64,000 nucleotides of DNA from a virus, in IMG/VR virus record IMGVR_UViG_3300030104_003613; one strand, written 5' to 3'. Both the position numbers and the translations under genes were made by a program. The notes beneath the pieces are model-generated. The model was not told the DNA's origin, did not search any database, and was given only the letters and a program-made list of their open reading frames with translations. Position 1 is the first letter of the stretch. Each line of letters starts with the position of its first letter. Below, piece after piece: positions 54,486 to 64,000 of the stretch.

Positions 54486-56723
54486 TTAACGAAGTTGTGG
54501 ATAGATGAAAATAGTTCCACCCATTCCAGAGTGTGATGTACACTGATAATACAACGTATTAGGTGCATTCATGGTGACTTCAAATTTCACTGTTCCATTT
54601 GAAGCATCATTGTTAGTAACACCATTATTATATTGTGTTCCAGTTGACCCATTAGGTGTAGATTGAATGCGGAATGGGTGAGCGCCCATGTTATTAACAA
54701 ACTCATATACACTACCTCTCGCGAGATAGAGATCTGGGTCATTTGTGGTTACCGTAAAACCAACACCAGTAAAGGTGTAGTCACTACTACCATTAGCACC
54801 AAGTGTCCATTTACCGCTAACAAGATCTGATCCATCACCTTCAAACGAACCTGCTGTTGAAACCCCAGTAACAGTTAGTCCATCATTTAAGAGGGTGTTA
54901 CCGTTAACAACTAGTGATGTACTAATACCAGTCGCAGCTGTGACATCGTGAATTGCTACAAGTGGTCCAGCGGAGAAGTTTCCATTTACACCAAATTGGA
55001 ATCCTGCCTGTTGATTCAGAGGAAGGGAACCACCACCACCTCCATCAGTCACAAAACGAAGAACACCGTTTGATGTGAACATTTGTGCGGCTACAGGAGC
55101 ACCAGGACCATTGTAGTAGAATCCGAGGTGATTTGCTCCTGATCCATCAACGTTTTGACCAACAGTGAAAGCCGCAATTCCATTTGGATTGACAACTGCA
55201 AGTTGACCATTTGGTGCAGCAGCACCAACACCAGCACCAACTCTCAGTGATCTAATAGTACCGATACCAGCAGTCGCAATGCCAGTGATGTTAATATCAC
55301 TTGCTGTTGACACACCACTAACAACAAGAGTATTTGCTCTTACTTCAGCAGTAGAACCACTACCTGTGGCAGTAGAGGTAATAGTTGTAATACCAGCGTT
55401 AGTTGTTACTGTGATATTATTACCCGCAGAAATCAAAGTAGTGATTCCAGTGAGATTTACACCACTCCCAGTGAAAGAAGTAGCAGTTACAATACCCGCA
55501 AACTCCGCATTACCACCTGCTCTGATAGTAACACCAATACCAGTAGTGGTGATACCAGTGGTGGTGCCATAAACAACACCAGAACTCGCGACTGGTGTGT
55601 TTCTTCCACCTGTGGTTGTACTGCTAGCCGTTATACTATCTTCAAAGATACCAGATGAACCAAGTGCCTGGTTATTAGTAATGTTACCTTCCCTGTAATC
55701 AGGATCATTGAAGTTATAGACAGCCATCCATGAGGAATCTTCTACACTGTAAATTACGATTCTATCTTCTGGATCAAATCCAGCCTGTGCCACATAATAG
55801 TAATAGTTACTATCTGCGTGGAACAAAGCATTACCAGAATCTACTGTTCCAGTATCAAGAACAAATCCTGTGCTCTGAGCCTGATAAATTTGGTTGAAAG
55901 AAGATGGAGATAGACCAGAAGTAGTTAAGTTCTGCCAGTCTGTTCCTGCTGCTCCTGTTTGAGCAGTACGTCCAGCTCCGATAAACAGATTGTCACTAAT
56001 GCTGGAAATACCAGTAACGAGAATCTGGGATGCTGTTATAATACCAACAGTAGATACACCAGAAACAACTAATGTATTTGCCCTTACTTCGGCAGTAGAA
56101 CCACTGCCTGTAGCAGTAGAAGCAATAGTTGTAATGCCAGCATTAGTCGTTACTGTGATGTTACTGCCCGCAGAAATAAGGGTAGTGATTCCAGTAAGGT
56201 TTACTCCGCTTCCAACAAAAGAAGTAGCAGTTACAACACCAGCGATATTTACATTATCTAAGTTTGTATGTCCATCTACATCTAGATCGCCATTCGCATC
56301 AATATTTCCAGTGAATGTGGATACACCAGAAATAACTAACGTATTTGCCCTTACCTCAGCAGTTGACGCTGCTCCGGTGATACCAGTAAGTTCTGATCCA
56401 TCACCATAATATTTTGTTGCCTGGATTGAAGTTACACTAGTAACAACACCCAGTGTTGACACACCAGTAACAACTAATGTGTTTGCCCTTACCTCAGAAG
56501 TCGTCGCTGTTCCGGTAATCGTAACCGAACCATATGCTGTGCTAACTCCAATGTTATCACCAGCAACAATCTGGGTTACAATACCAACATAAGCATTAGT
56601 ACCATCACCGATGATACCATAAACTTCACTGAAGTTGGAATTAATTTTAGTAGCACCCGCCAACAGGGTATCCCCTGTACCATCATTAGGAGTTGTGCCT
56701 GTACTAATGCCTAGTCTTGCCAT
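54486..56723 (-). CDS. Baseplate-attached fibre with gp9/gp10-type N-terminus and cupredoxin-like C-terminal domain
   Basis: GTTPNDGTGDTL..GATKINSNF; four (T/S)(A/S)EVRANTLV repeats; C-terminal HPF...YYQCTSHSGM. Confidence 0.82.
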   Translation of the reverse strand: MARLGISTGTTPNDGTGDTLLAGATKINSNFSEVYGIIGDGTNAYVGIVTQIVAGDNIGVSTAYGSVTITGTATTSEVRANTLVVTGVSTLGVVTSVTSIQATKYYGDGSELTGITGAASTAEVRANTLVISGVSTFTGNIDANGDLDVDGHTNLDNVNIAGVVTATSFVGSGVNLTGITTLISAGSNITVTTNAGITTIASTATGSGSTAEVRANTLVVSGVSTVGIITASQILVTGISSISDNLFIGAGRTAQTGAAGTDWQNLTTSGLSPSSFNQIYQAQSTGFVLDTGTVDSGNALFHADSNYYYYVAQAGFDPEDRIVIYSVEDSSWMAVYNFNDPDYREGNITNNQALGSSGIFEDSITASSTTTGGRNTPVASSGVVYGTTTGITTTGIGVTIRAGGNAEFAGIVTATSFTGSGVNLTGITTLISAGNNITVTTNAGITTITSTATGSGSTAEVRANTLVVSGVSTASDINITGIATAGIGTIRSLRVGAGVGAAAPNGQLAVVNPNGIAAFTVGQNVDGSGANHLGFYYNGPGAPVAAQMFTSNGVLRFVTDGGGGGSLPLNQQAGFQFGVNGNFSAGPLVAIHDVTAATGISTSLVVNGNTLLNDGLTVTGVSTAGSFEGDGSDLVSGKWTLGANGSSDYTFTGVGFTVTTNDPDLYLARGSVYEFVNNMGAHPFRIQSTPNGSTGTQYNNGVTNNDASNGTVKFEVTMNAPNTLYYQCTSHSGMGGTIFIYPQLR

Positions 56724-56756
56724 TTCCTACAGCCAGTTTTTCGTAAAAGTATTTAG

Positions 56757-59700
56757 TTAGACGTAGTTATTAAATTTAAGTGGATTCAATCTTGTCACCA
56801 CAGCAGATGTTGAAAGACCAGTGATTCCATCTTCACCATAGAAGTTAAATGTGCCAGGTTCAATATTTCTAGAAACATTTATCTTACCCCAACTAAATCT
56901 ACCAAAATTAAAGGAAGAACTAATTCCACCCTGGTAGATTGTAAAGACCTGACCATCAAATGTGAAATCAGTTTGATCAAAAGTGATTAGGTTTCCACCA
57001 GCAGTGACGGTACTGATATTGCCAACATTGGAGAAGACTCTTCTAACCGAAGTTGTTCCAACACCTACCACATTAACATCAATTGTTGTAACATTTTCTA
57101 CTTGATAAACTGTGTCACAGAACGATGTTGTAATACCAAGAATAGTAGAATTGTCATTATACAACGAATCAAGTGTTCCAGCAGCAGGTGTTCCAAGACC
57201 AATGTTTGATCTAGTAACAGTGTAATAATCACCAGTGGAGATACCACTAATTGTTTGTGCTGTGCCGACTAAATCAGAATCGCGAAGGTAAGAGTCACCT
57301 GGAATAAAGAAGTCAAAGATTACCTGAGTCTGTGTTCCAAGTCCTGCGGTAAATGTAGTTGTTCCAAATCCAACGATGATACCGTTATCACCAATGTAGG
57401 AACTGACTGTCATATTCTCTTCAATCAGTTTGGGAGTTTCAATCAAGCAAATAGGAGGATCGGAATGAGTATACCCAGAACCAGGATTGATAATACCTGC
57501 TGACAACAATCTACCATCCGAGGTCATCGTGCCAATGCCAATTGCCCTTGAACTAATACCGCTCTCTGGATTAGATACAAAAATTGATACAGTAGAGAAT
57601 CCAGCGTATCCATATCCATTTTCGGTAATGCCAAATGATAGGATTCTGCCATCATTCTCAACGATAGCAGTCACCGATGCTCCGATTGGGGCGTCTTGTG
57701 AATTTAGAGAAATCCTGTTCTGGAATCCTCTAAGATTCTGTTCATTTTGAGCGTCATAAATTGGTTTTACAGAATCAACGTGAATTGTTGTAGTTGTAAG
57801 ACCAACATTCTGAATAATGTAGGATGCGGGGAAGATACTTGGTTCATAAGAGACTCTATCTTTACCAATTTCATCTCCGTTGATAATCTTATCAACGGTC
57901 TGCTTACACCAAGTTAGTGGTCTTACCACAGTTTGATCAGTGGTTACGCCAGGTCTGACATAAGCGTTTGTTTCGACAGTATCAAGAGTATTGATACCAA
58001 CAACGGTTCTAGGATCTTGTTGTAGAGATTCACCTTGACCCCTAGATGGATCATTGTTAAGTTGAATAGTATCACCGACCTTAATAGTCTCCTCAACATC
58101 AGTTAAAATAACGTCTACATCACCTGATCCTTTATAGAATAGGATCTTGGACGTATCTCCTGTCAAAGCAGTTCCAACTGGTCCTTTTGGAGCTTCAGTG
58201 AATGTGATTACGCTACCACCTTCAAATTTATAACCTTCGTTTGGTTTTTGAAGAACATCATTAATAAACACCAGAAGTGTTTGTTCAACCTCAATATTAG
58301 ATCCAGCAGCTGCTTTGATGGAAACAGGATTCTCATTCAGAAGAAGTCTAAATGATTTATTAACTCCATCAAATTCACCATCGAATCTATCAAACACCTG
58401 GAATTCACCAACAGACCATCCATTGAATTGATCAGAATAAACGCTATCAATTGTAATTTGGAACTCATCAAATGTAAGTGATGTGTTAGTGGGAATACCA
58501 GTCAGACCACCTACATTAACAGTTAGGATGTCTCCTTCACGATATCCATATCCCTGATTGTTCAGTTCAAAGTCAATAACACTTGAACCTTGTCCGACAA
58601 CAATATCAACAGTTGCCTCGGCACCAGTCTGCGAGGGACTAGAAGAACTATAAACAACAGGAACATTATAATATGAGAGAGGATCATCAAATACAACAAC
58701 TGGTGGGTTGGTCGATGTGTAACCCGATCCAGGATTGGTGATCGCAACACTTACAATATTACCACCTTGAATAGTGGCGGTGCCAATATTAACCAAATTA
58801 GGAAGAACACCACTGTAAGTTTGAACACCAACATTTACAACAGTATTGATTCCTGCTCTGTATCCAGAACCACTATTGCCAATACTAATTGACTGAATAG
58901 TGCCAAGACCAGATACAACGGCAGTGCCACCTGCTGCTACAAGGGGTTGATATCCAAATCCACCAGTTGAACCAACCGAGATAAATCTACCACCAACTGG
59001 CAGAGAAGATTTATTGGGATCATAACCCTGATTTACGGATTCACCAGTAAATACAATGGAACTAACGCCAACACTTTCTTCAATATTATAATCACCTTTA
59101 AATGCCTGAACACCTTGATTTAACTGATAGATGCCATTAATCAGAACAACTGCGCTAGTATCAATTCCAGATACATTAGCGCCACCGCTGGTCAGAGTAT
59201 AAGTCTTACCAACACCTGTGAATCTATCGGTTATATCATCGAAGACATTGTTCAAATGATATGTCTCATTGGTTGAACCAACAGCAGCACGTTTCATAAA
59301 GGTTCTGCCCTGGAACATTGAACTGGTTGTAATTCCAGTCCAATCTCTCTCATTCGGGTTACCAGTTGTCGTGCTTAAGGGATTATTACCAAATGGTGCC
59401 TCAACAAAGTTAAGAGAGTTATTTGTAATATTGTAGTTACCAGTAAACTTGGTTACAGTGTCACCTGCTGTGTGAGAAGCAATAACAGAACCCAATTGTG
59501 CTCTTTCAACCACTACAGCAATAGTGTTACCAACACCAATGCCGTCAACCTTCATAAACTCATCTCCAACCTTGATGATGTCACCTGCGGTGAATGAGGT
59601 AAGTCCAGTGGTGTTGAATACAGTATCGAAAATTACATCTTGATCAAGTTGTGTAGTAATATCAGTTTCAGCAATGGGTGACTGAATAATGTTATCAATC

Positions 59701-62700
59701 GCCAGAATCGCTTTGGTATTTTGCTTGGTAGTATTAATTGTGTGAGAACTTCCAGCACCAACACTGGTAATATCAATCGCTGCTGGAGATTCTCTAAGAG
59801 CATCTTCAGCAGTTGCTGCGAATCTAATGGCAGACTCACTATCCTTAATCACAAAGACATTTTGTGGTAATCTACTGGTGGCACCAATTCCTGGGAACGT
59901 AGTGCTGGCAATTTGAATTGCCATAGTTGTACCAGCGCCCGGATGACCGTATTCAACTGCTTCGCCAGAATTAAAGAAGTGATTGGGTATGATAATTTGA
60001 TTTGTAGTGGTATTACAAACAGTGGTATTAGATCCATCAAATACTCTTCTGAAAATATCCAGACCATCATGCTTAAGTTCAAATCCAGTCCTAACATCAA
60101 GAAGTGTGCCTTGATATGATTCAGCATCAGCAGTAATTTGAACATTTTCAATATCAATTACATCAGATCTGAGATTTTCATCAAAGACCATCAATTCAGT
60201 AAAGTATGATCTAACGTCTACATTGATGCTTGGTTCTGGCGTGTATACAACATTTACACCACCTGTGGCATTAGTTGTGACACCAACTGTTCCAATATGT
60301 CCACCAGTTTCAAGATTTGCCCACTCTACATAACACTCATTTGATGAGGAGTTGAGAGCAGCAAATTCAAACAACTCATATCTGTTATTCGTGGTATCCT
60401 CAACACTAAACAGGTAATAAGCAGATTCAATCGGGGAATCGTAAGATGCGACAATATTAGCAGACGGCGATCCCGAAGCAGCGATTGTGCTATAAGATGA
60501 ACCAACTTTTGAAACGTTAAGGAATTCATTACCTGTGGTTGTATTAGAATCCGAGATAAGAATTGTACCAGTCGTACAGGTCATTGCGAAACCTATCGAG
60601 GCATCTGGTGTAAATTCAACTATTACGTTACTGCCAGAAATTGTAGAATCGAATGTACCGAATCCTACTCCTGTCAGACCTTGATTTTCACTAATCGCAT
60701 TTGTTTCCATCTGATAGCAGTCGGTTCCATCATGAACGATATTCAGTTCAGTACCATACTTCTGATCATTGACACCATCAAATAGAGCAATAATTTTTGC
60801 TGCTCTATATGTTGTTCCAAACGATACAATCGTTGTTTTGGTGCTAGCGGGGATCGCTTGATAACCACCAACCGTGTATGCCACATCACCATAAGCATCT
60901 AACCCAGTATCTGAAAGATCAGAGAGGATACTGATAGCAGATGATGATACATCATATACATTGTTCTCAAACTTAACTGGGAAGAACAACAAATTCCATC
61001 CAGTGCCCGTAGTGATATAATCAAAGTATCCAAGATATGGATAAGACTCAATTGACGCATATTGAGAAATATACCCAATACTATTATCCTGAAGAACACT
61101 TACAACAGCAAATTGTCTTTCATCGGTGAATGTTCTGTCTCTAACATATGTAAAGATTTTATTATAGCAATAATTTGAGCCATAACTAGCAACGACTTCA
61201 AAAGGAGTTGTTCTAGCATTGCTGTTAAATTGATCACTAATATCATCAATTTCAAGAACCCTATTTCCAATTGATTGAAGGAAATCTGATAGAATTCTGT
61301 TCGTAAAAACGACTTCATTAGAGATGTAAACATCACCGATGAATTCTCCTCTCTCCGATGCTATATCGAAGTCCTGATAGCAGTTTAAATCCCCTTCACT
61401 GATAATATCAATAAGATTCTCAATATCACTATCTTCTGTGGAAACAATAGCAGATTCGCTGGTATTAGCGGTGCTATAAATTTGTAAATCAGCAAACTTT
61501 CTATATCCAGCAGTGTGAGTTAAGGCACTTACAGGATCATTCCACTTATCAAGGTCAATTTCAGATGAGATAGAGTATGACAGGTCTTGATAGTATTCAT
61601 TATCAGGAATTCTTTGAAGATTATTATTCAGGAATCCAGTATCCTTTTGCCAACCCTCATAAATTGTTGCTCCAGCACCAATACTAATTTCTCCATCAAA
61701 TACAGTCACCTCTTGAACAATTCCAATAGAACCAGATGTTAATCCTCTTACAAAATCATTCCTAGAGGCAACACCATTAACAGATGTTTTTAATAATTCA
61801 TTATTTGAATCATAACTCATAGCTCTTCCACTAAAATTATCACCAACAATTCTTTCACCTTTTAAAAATAGGTTTTTAGACAGGGTTGGTTCAAATATTG
61901 GGAAATGAGACTCTGGTATAACCTTACCAAGTGAATCATTGTTGAAATTACCAGGGAAACCATTGCTTCCTAGTTGTGTAGACAGGTCATACTCAACATA
62001 AGCACCACTACCACCAGCATTTGTGTTTACTCCGGTAACAGGGAACAATGTATAGTTGTAATTTTTGGAATTGAACCCAGAACCAGTCGATCCAACACCC
62101 ACACTGATGTTCTCAACCAGAATGTTCTTTCCTACCTCAAATGGGAACTCTGAATTTGACGAGAACTGATGAGATAAGGAAAGTCTTACAATATTACTTG
62201 TCGAATTGTAATTGAGTGTAGAAACTGAGTAACCATTTGAGTTATTCGTAGGAATAAACTTGGGTGGTACAAAATAAACATTAGATGCGTTCTTAAGAAC
62301 TTTAACTTCGGTGTCACCAAGAGAATATTCTAATATAACATCAAGTTGCTTATCTGTGATACCATCAAAAACAAGGATTTCAGGAGATGTAAGATAATTG
62401 ATGCCCGAAGAGGTAATACCAATTGATTTGAACGACGAAAGAGGTTCTAATTTCAGAACTTCTGGAATTCCAGCAATTGCGCTGATAGTAGGATCACTAG
62501 CATAGTCAAATCCAATGTTATTTGATACAAATCTAGCATCAAGAAGTTTTCCGATTTGATCACTAGTTGCTTCAACTAATCCACCTGTGCCCAGTCCACT
62601 TCTAATAGATGAAATTGAAGGAACTGACTTGTATCCATAACCATTATCAATAATCTTGACAGAATTGATAGGTCCAAAAGCATTTGTAGAAGGTGTGCTA

Positions 62701-64000
62701 TAAGAAGCTTCGCAATTCGTTGAACCATATGATACAATATTAGGAGTATCAGTAACAACGTATGTGAATGTCGTTAAACCGATACCAGAGAGTGTGACAA
62801 GTCCATCAATTTCAGTTTTTACAACATCAATCTGATTATATGCTTTGACATCATTATCAATGATCAATCCACTCTTAACGGAGGGGATAATAGAGTTATT
62901 GATGGTGTTAAATCTATACCAAAGAGAAGTCGGGATGTTTTCAGTGACTCTGATTCTCAAATTAGCAGTGGTCGTGATTCCTGGTTGACCTGAAGATAGA
63001 ACTTCAAAGGTATCATCTAATCCAGTCGTTAGGAATCTGTTATTAAATTGAGGATCCCTGAATATCTCCATTTCAAAGGCAGGATATCTAACACCATTTG
63101 ATACAAATGAAAGTGATGGATCAGAAAGATCAAAATGTAGTATATTCTTTTTGTTTGTGTTAATAAAGGGGTTAATTCTGGAGAGAGTACCAGATGAAGT
63201 GCTTGTTAAATTGACAAAAGGAGGGGAAACCAGTTTAAGATCACTCTTGTTGTGAACAAACTTAATTCTAGTCTCCGAATAGAGATATACAAAATATACT
63301 CCTTGATCAACTAAACCACCCGATGGAGAAGTTGCGGTGTGAATTACTCTATCACCCGTCTTGAATGGATTATTTGAGAACGCAATCGTATTTTGAACCA
63401 GATCAACATCTCCGGCAACAAAATCTACTGGATCAAAAACAATTCTTCTATTATAATCATTATAGAGAACCTTAACATTCACCGTGTTGGTGGGTTTTAG
63501 ATCAAAATTGACTTTATCAAGATAAGAAAGTCCATGAGTTCCTGCCGTTGAAACAATTACGCTGTTTCTAGAGGCGGATGATGTAAGAACGTTGGTAAGA
63601 TCAGTTTTAAAACTGTGATTATCACCTGTTCCAATACCTACGAGGTAAAGAAGACTTGCTGTGGTGCTAATGCCAACATACTTACCAATAGTGTTAAGAC
63701 CGACTAAATTGGAACTAATACCAACCGTGTCTAATGTAAGTGGCACTGCGAAAAGAGTTGAGATGCCTGTCAGACTTGTTGTTGCTGATCCGGCAATACC
63801 ATTCCAATAAGTAATGGATGATCCACCATTGATGTTATATCTTAATTTGTCATTAAGTCTTAATCCATGATTTGGAAGGAAGATAGATCTTGGTTGAACG
63901 AAGACTTGAGTGACACCCGCTCCTGGATTTGAAATAGTAAGTGTTACACCAATTCCTGTTCCAGTTGTACTTCCAATACCAACGCATTCGCTTGGAGTAA
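56757..64000 (-). CDS. gp7: Giant baseplate wedge initiator (gp7-like), 5' part outside the window
   Basis: The frame stays open from 63746 to the window edge (TPSECVGIGS...PNHGL); contains DNEYYQDLSYSI...HTAGY, NRVLEIDDISDQF and repeated GSGY motifs; lies upstream of gp8. Confidence 0.8.
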   Translation of the reverse strand, partial: TPSECVGIGSTTGTGIGVTLTISNPGAGVTQVFVQPRSIFLPNHGLRLNDKLRYNINGGSSITYWNGIAGSATTSLTGISTLFAVPLTLDTVGISSNLVGLNTIGKYVGISTTASLLYLVGIGTGDNHSFKTDLTNVLTSSASRNSVIVSTAGTHGLSYLDKVNFDLKPTNTVNVKVLYNDYNRRIVFDPVDFVAGDVDLVQNTIAFSNNPFKTGDRVIHTATSPSGGLVDQGVYFVYLYSETRIKFVHNKSDLKLVSPPFVNLTSTSSGTLSRINPFINTNKKNILHFDLSDPSLSFVSNGVRYPAFEMEIFRDPQFNNRFLTTGLDDTFEVLSSGQPGITTTANLRIRVTENIPTSLWYRFNTINNSIIPSVKSGLIIDNDVKAYNQIDVVKTEIDGLVTLSGIGLTTFTYVVTDTPNIVSYGSTNCEASYSTPSTNAFGPINSVKIIDNGYGYKSVPSISSIRSGLGTGGLVEATSDQIGKLLDARFVSNNIGFDYASDPTISAIAGIPEVLKLEPLSSFKSIGITSSGINYLTSPEILVFDGITDKQLDVILEYSLGDTEVKVLKNASNVYFVPPKFIPTNNSNGYSVSTLNYNSTSNIVRLSLSHQFSSNSEFPFEVGKNILVENISVGVGSTGSGFNSKNYNYTLFPVTGVNTNAGGSGAYVEYDLSTQLGSNGFPGNFNNDSLGKVIPESHFPIFEPTLSKNLFLKGERIVGDNFSGRAMSYDSNNELLKTSVNGVASRNDFVRGLTSGSIGIVQEVTVFDGEISIGAGATIYEGWQKDTGFLNNNLQRIPDNEYYQDLSYSISSEIDLDKWNDPVSALTHTAGYRKFADLQIYSTANTSESAIVSTEDSDIENLIDIISEGDLNCYQDFDIASERGEFIGDVYISNEVVFTNRILSDFLQSIGNRVLEIDDISDQFNSNARTTPFEVVASYGSNYCYNKIFTYVRDRTFTDERQFAVVSVLQDNSIGYISQYASIESYPYLGYFDYITTGTGWNLLFFPVKFENNVYDVSSSAISILSDLSDTGLDAYGDVAYTVGGYQAIPASTKTTIVSFGTTYRAAKIIALFDGVNDQKYGTELNIVHDGTDCYQMETNAISENQGLTGVGFGTFDSTISGSNVIVEFTPDASIGFAMTCTTGTILISDSNTTTGNEFLNVSKVGSSYSTIAASGSPSANIVASYDSPIESAYYLFSVEDTTNNRYELFEFAALNSSSNECYVEWANLETGGHIGTVGVTTNATGGVNVVYTPEPSINVDVRSYFTELMVFDENLRSDVIDIENVQITADAESYQGTLLDVRTGFELKHDGLDIFRRVFDGSNTTVCNTTTNQIIIPNHFFNSGEAVEYGHPGAGTTMAIQIASTTFPGIGATSRLPQNVFVIKDSESAIRFAATAEDALRESPAAIDITSVGAGSSHTINTTKQNTKAILAIDNIIQSPIAETDITTQLDQDVIFDTVFNTTGLTSFTAGDIIKVGDEFMKVDGIGVGNTIAVVVERAQLGSVIASHTAGDTVTKFTGNYNITNNSLNFVEAPFGNNPLSTTTGNPNERDWTGITTSSMFQGRTFMKRAAVGSTNETYHLNNVFDDITDRFTGVGKTYTLTSGGANVSGIDTSAVVLINGIYQLNQGVQAFKGDYNIEESVGVSSIVFTGESVNQGYDPNKSSLPVGGRFISVGSTGGFGYQPLVAAGGTAVVSGLGTIQSISIGNSGSGYRAGINTVVNVGVQTYSGVLPNLVNIGTATIQGGNIVSVAITNPGSGYTSTNPPVVVFDDPLSYYNVPVVYSSSSPSQTGAEATVDIVVGQGSSVIDFELNNQGYGYREGDILTVNVGGLTGIPTNTSLTFDEFQITIDSVYSDQFNGWSVGEFQVFDRFDGEFDGVNKSFRLLLNENPVSIKAAAGSNIEVEQTLLVFINDVLQKPNEGYKFEGGSVITFTEAPKGPVGTALTGDTSKILFYKGSGDVDVILTDVEETIKVGDTIQLNNDPSRGQGESLQQDPRTVVGINTLDTVETNAYVRPGVTTDQTVVRPLTWCKQTVDKIINGDEIGKDRVSYEPSIFPASYIIQNVGLTTTTIHVDSVKPIYDAQNEQNLRGFQNRISLNSQDAPIGASVTAIVENDGRILSFGITENGYGYAGFSTVSIFVSNPESGISSRAIGIGTMTSDGRLLSAGIINPGSGYTHSDPPICLIETPKLIEENMTVSSYIGDNGIIVGFGTTTFTAGLGTQTQVIFDFFIPGDSYLRDSDLVGTAQTISGISTGDYYTVTRSNIGLGTPAAGTLDSLYNDNSTILGITTSFCDTVYQVENVTTIDVNVVGVGTTSVRRVFSNVGNISTVTAGGNLITFDQTDFTFDGQVFTIYQGGISSSFNFGRFSWGKINVSRNIEPGTFNFYGEDGITGLSTSAVVTRLNPLKFNNYV

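Noticed and set aside
1-64000. tRNA genes, CRISPR arrays, stop-codon recoding
   Set aside because: Intergenic gaps are short and show no cloverleaf or spaced repeat arrays; core genes are full length with the standard code and use all three stops.

Overview
A 64-kb piece of a T4-like cyanomyovirus genome (Kyanoviridae-type, probably infecting marine picocyanobacteria). Every credible gene is on the minus strand. In transcription order (64000 to 1) it contains: baseplate genes (partial gp7-like protein, a fibre with a cupredoxin-like tip, gp8, a 2535-aa DUF4815/VrlC-like protein); neck, tail-completion and terminase genes (gp13-gp17) with a fibre cluster and a 481-aa modular basic protein inserted between gp16 and gp17; tail and head genes (gp18-gp23); a late accessory cluster with a 37-aa PsbN homologue that the ORF track misses; gp3, uvsY, uvsW, gp55, gp47, gp46; a CobT-like/CobS pair; and the replication module (gp45, speD, gp44, dam, HhH glycosylase, gp62, regA, hsp20, gp43, partial uvsX). 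I found no tRNA, CRISPR array, intein, intron or mobile element. The best leads are: (1) a possible plug-and-socket chain of fibre proteins (DGGxF ends to KFKR N-terminal domains, TFD repeats to NDGTGD domains) ending in an intact type-1 copper ligand set; (2) a probable polyprotein of cationic Cys-looped peptides cut by the prohead protease; (3) two ORF-free late-promoter-to-terminator cassettes flanking hsp20 (candidate sRNAs), a fourU-like thermometer and three Sm-like paralogues; (4) psbN in a late operon; (5) a bidirectional promoter at gp55 and a fixed-spacing upstream motif at three early promoters. Family assignments come from motif recognition only; no database search was run.
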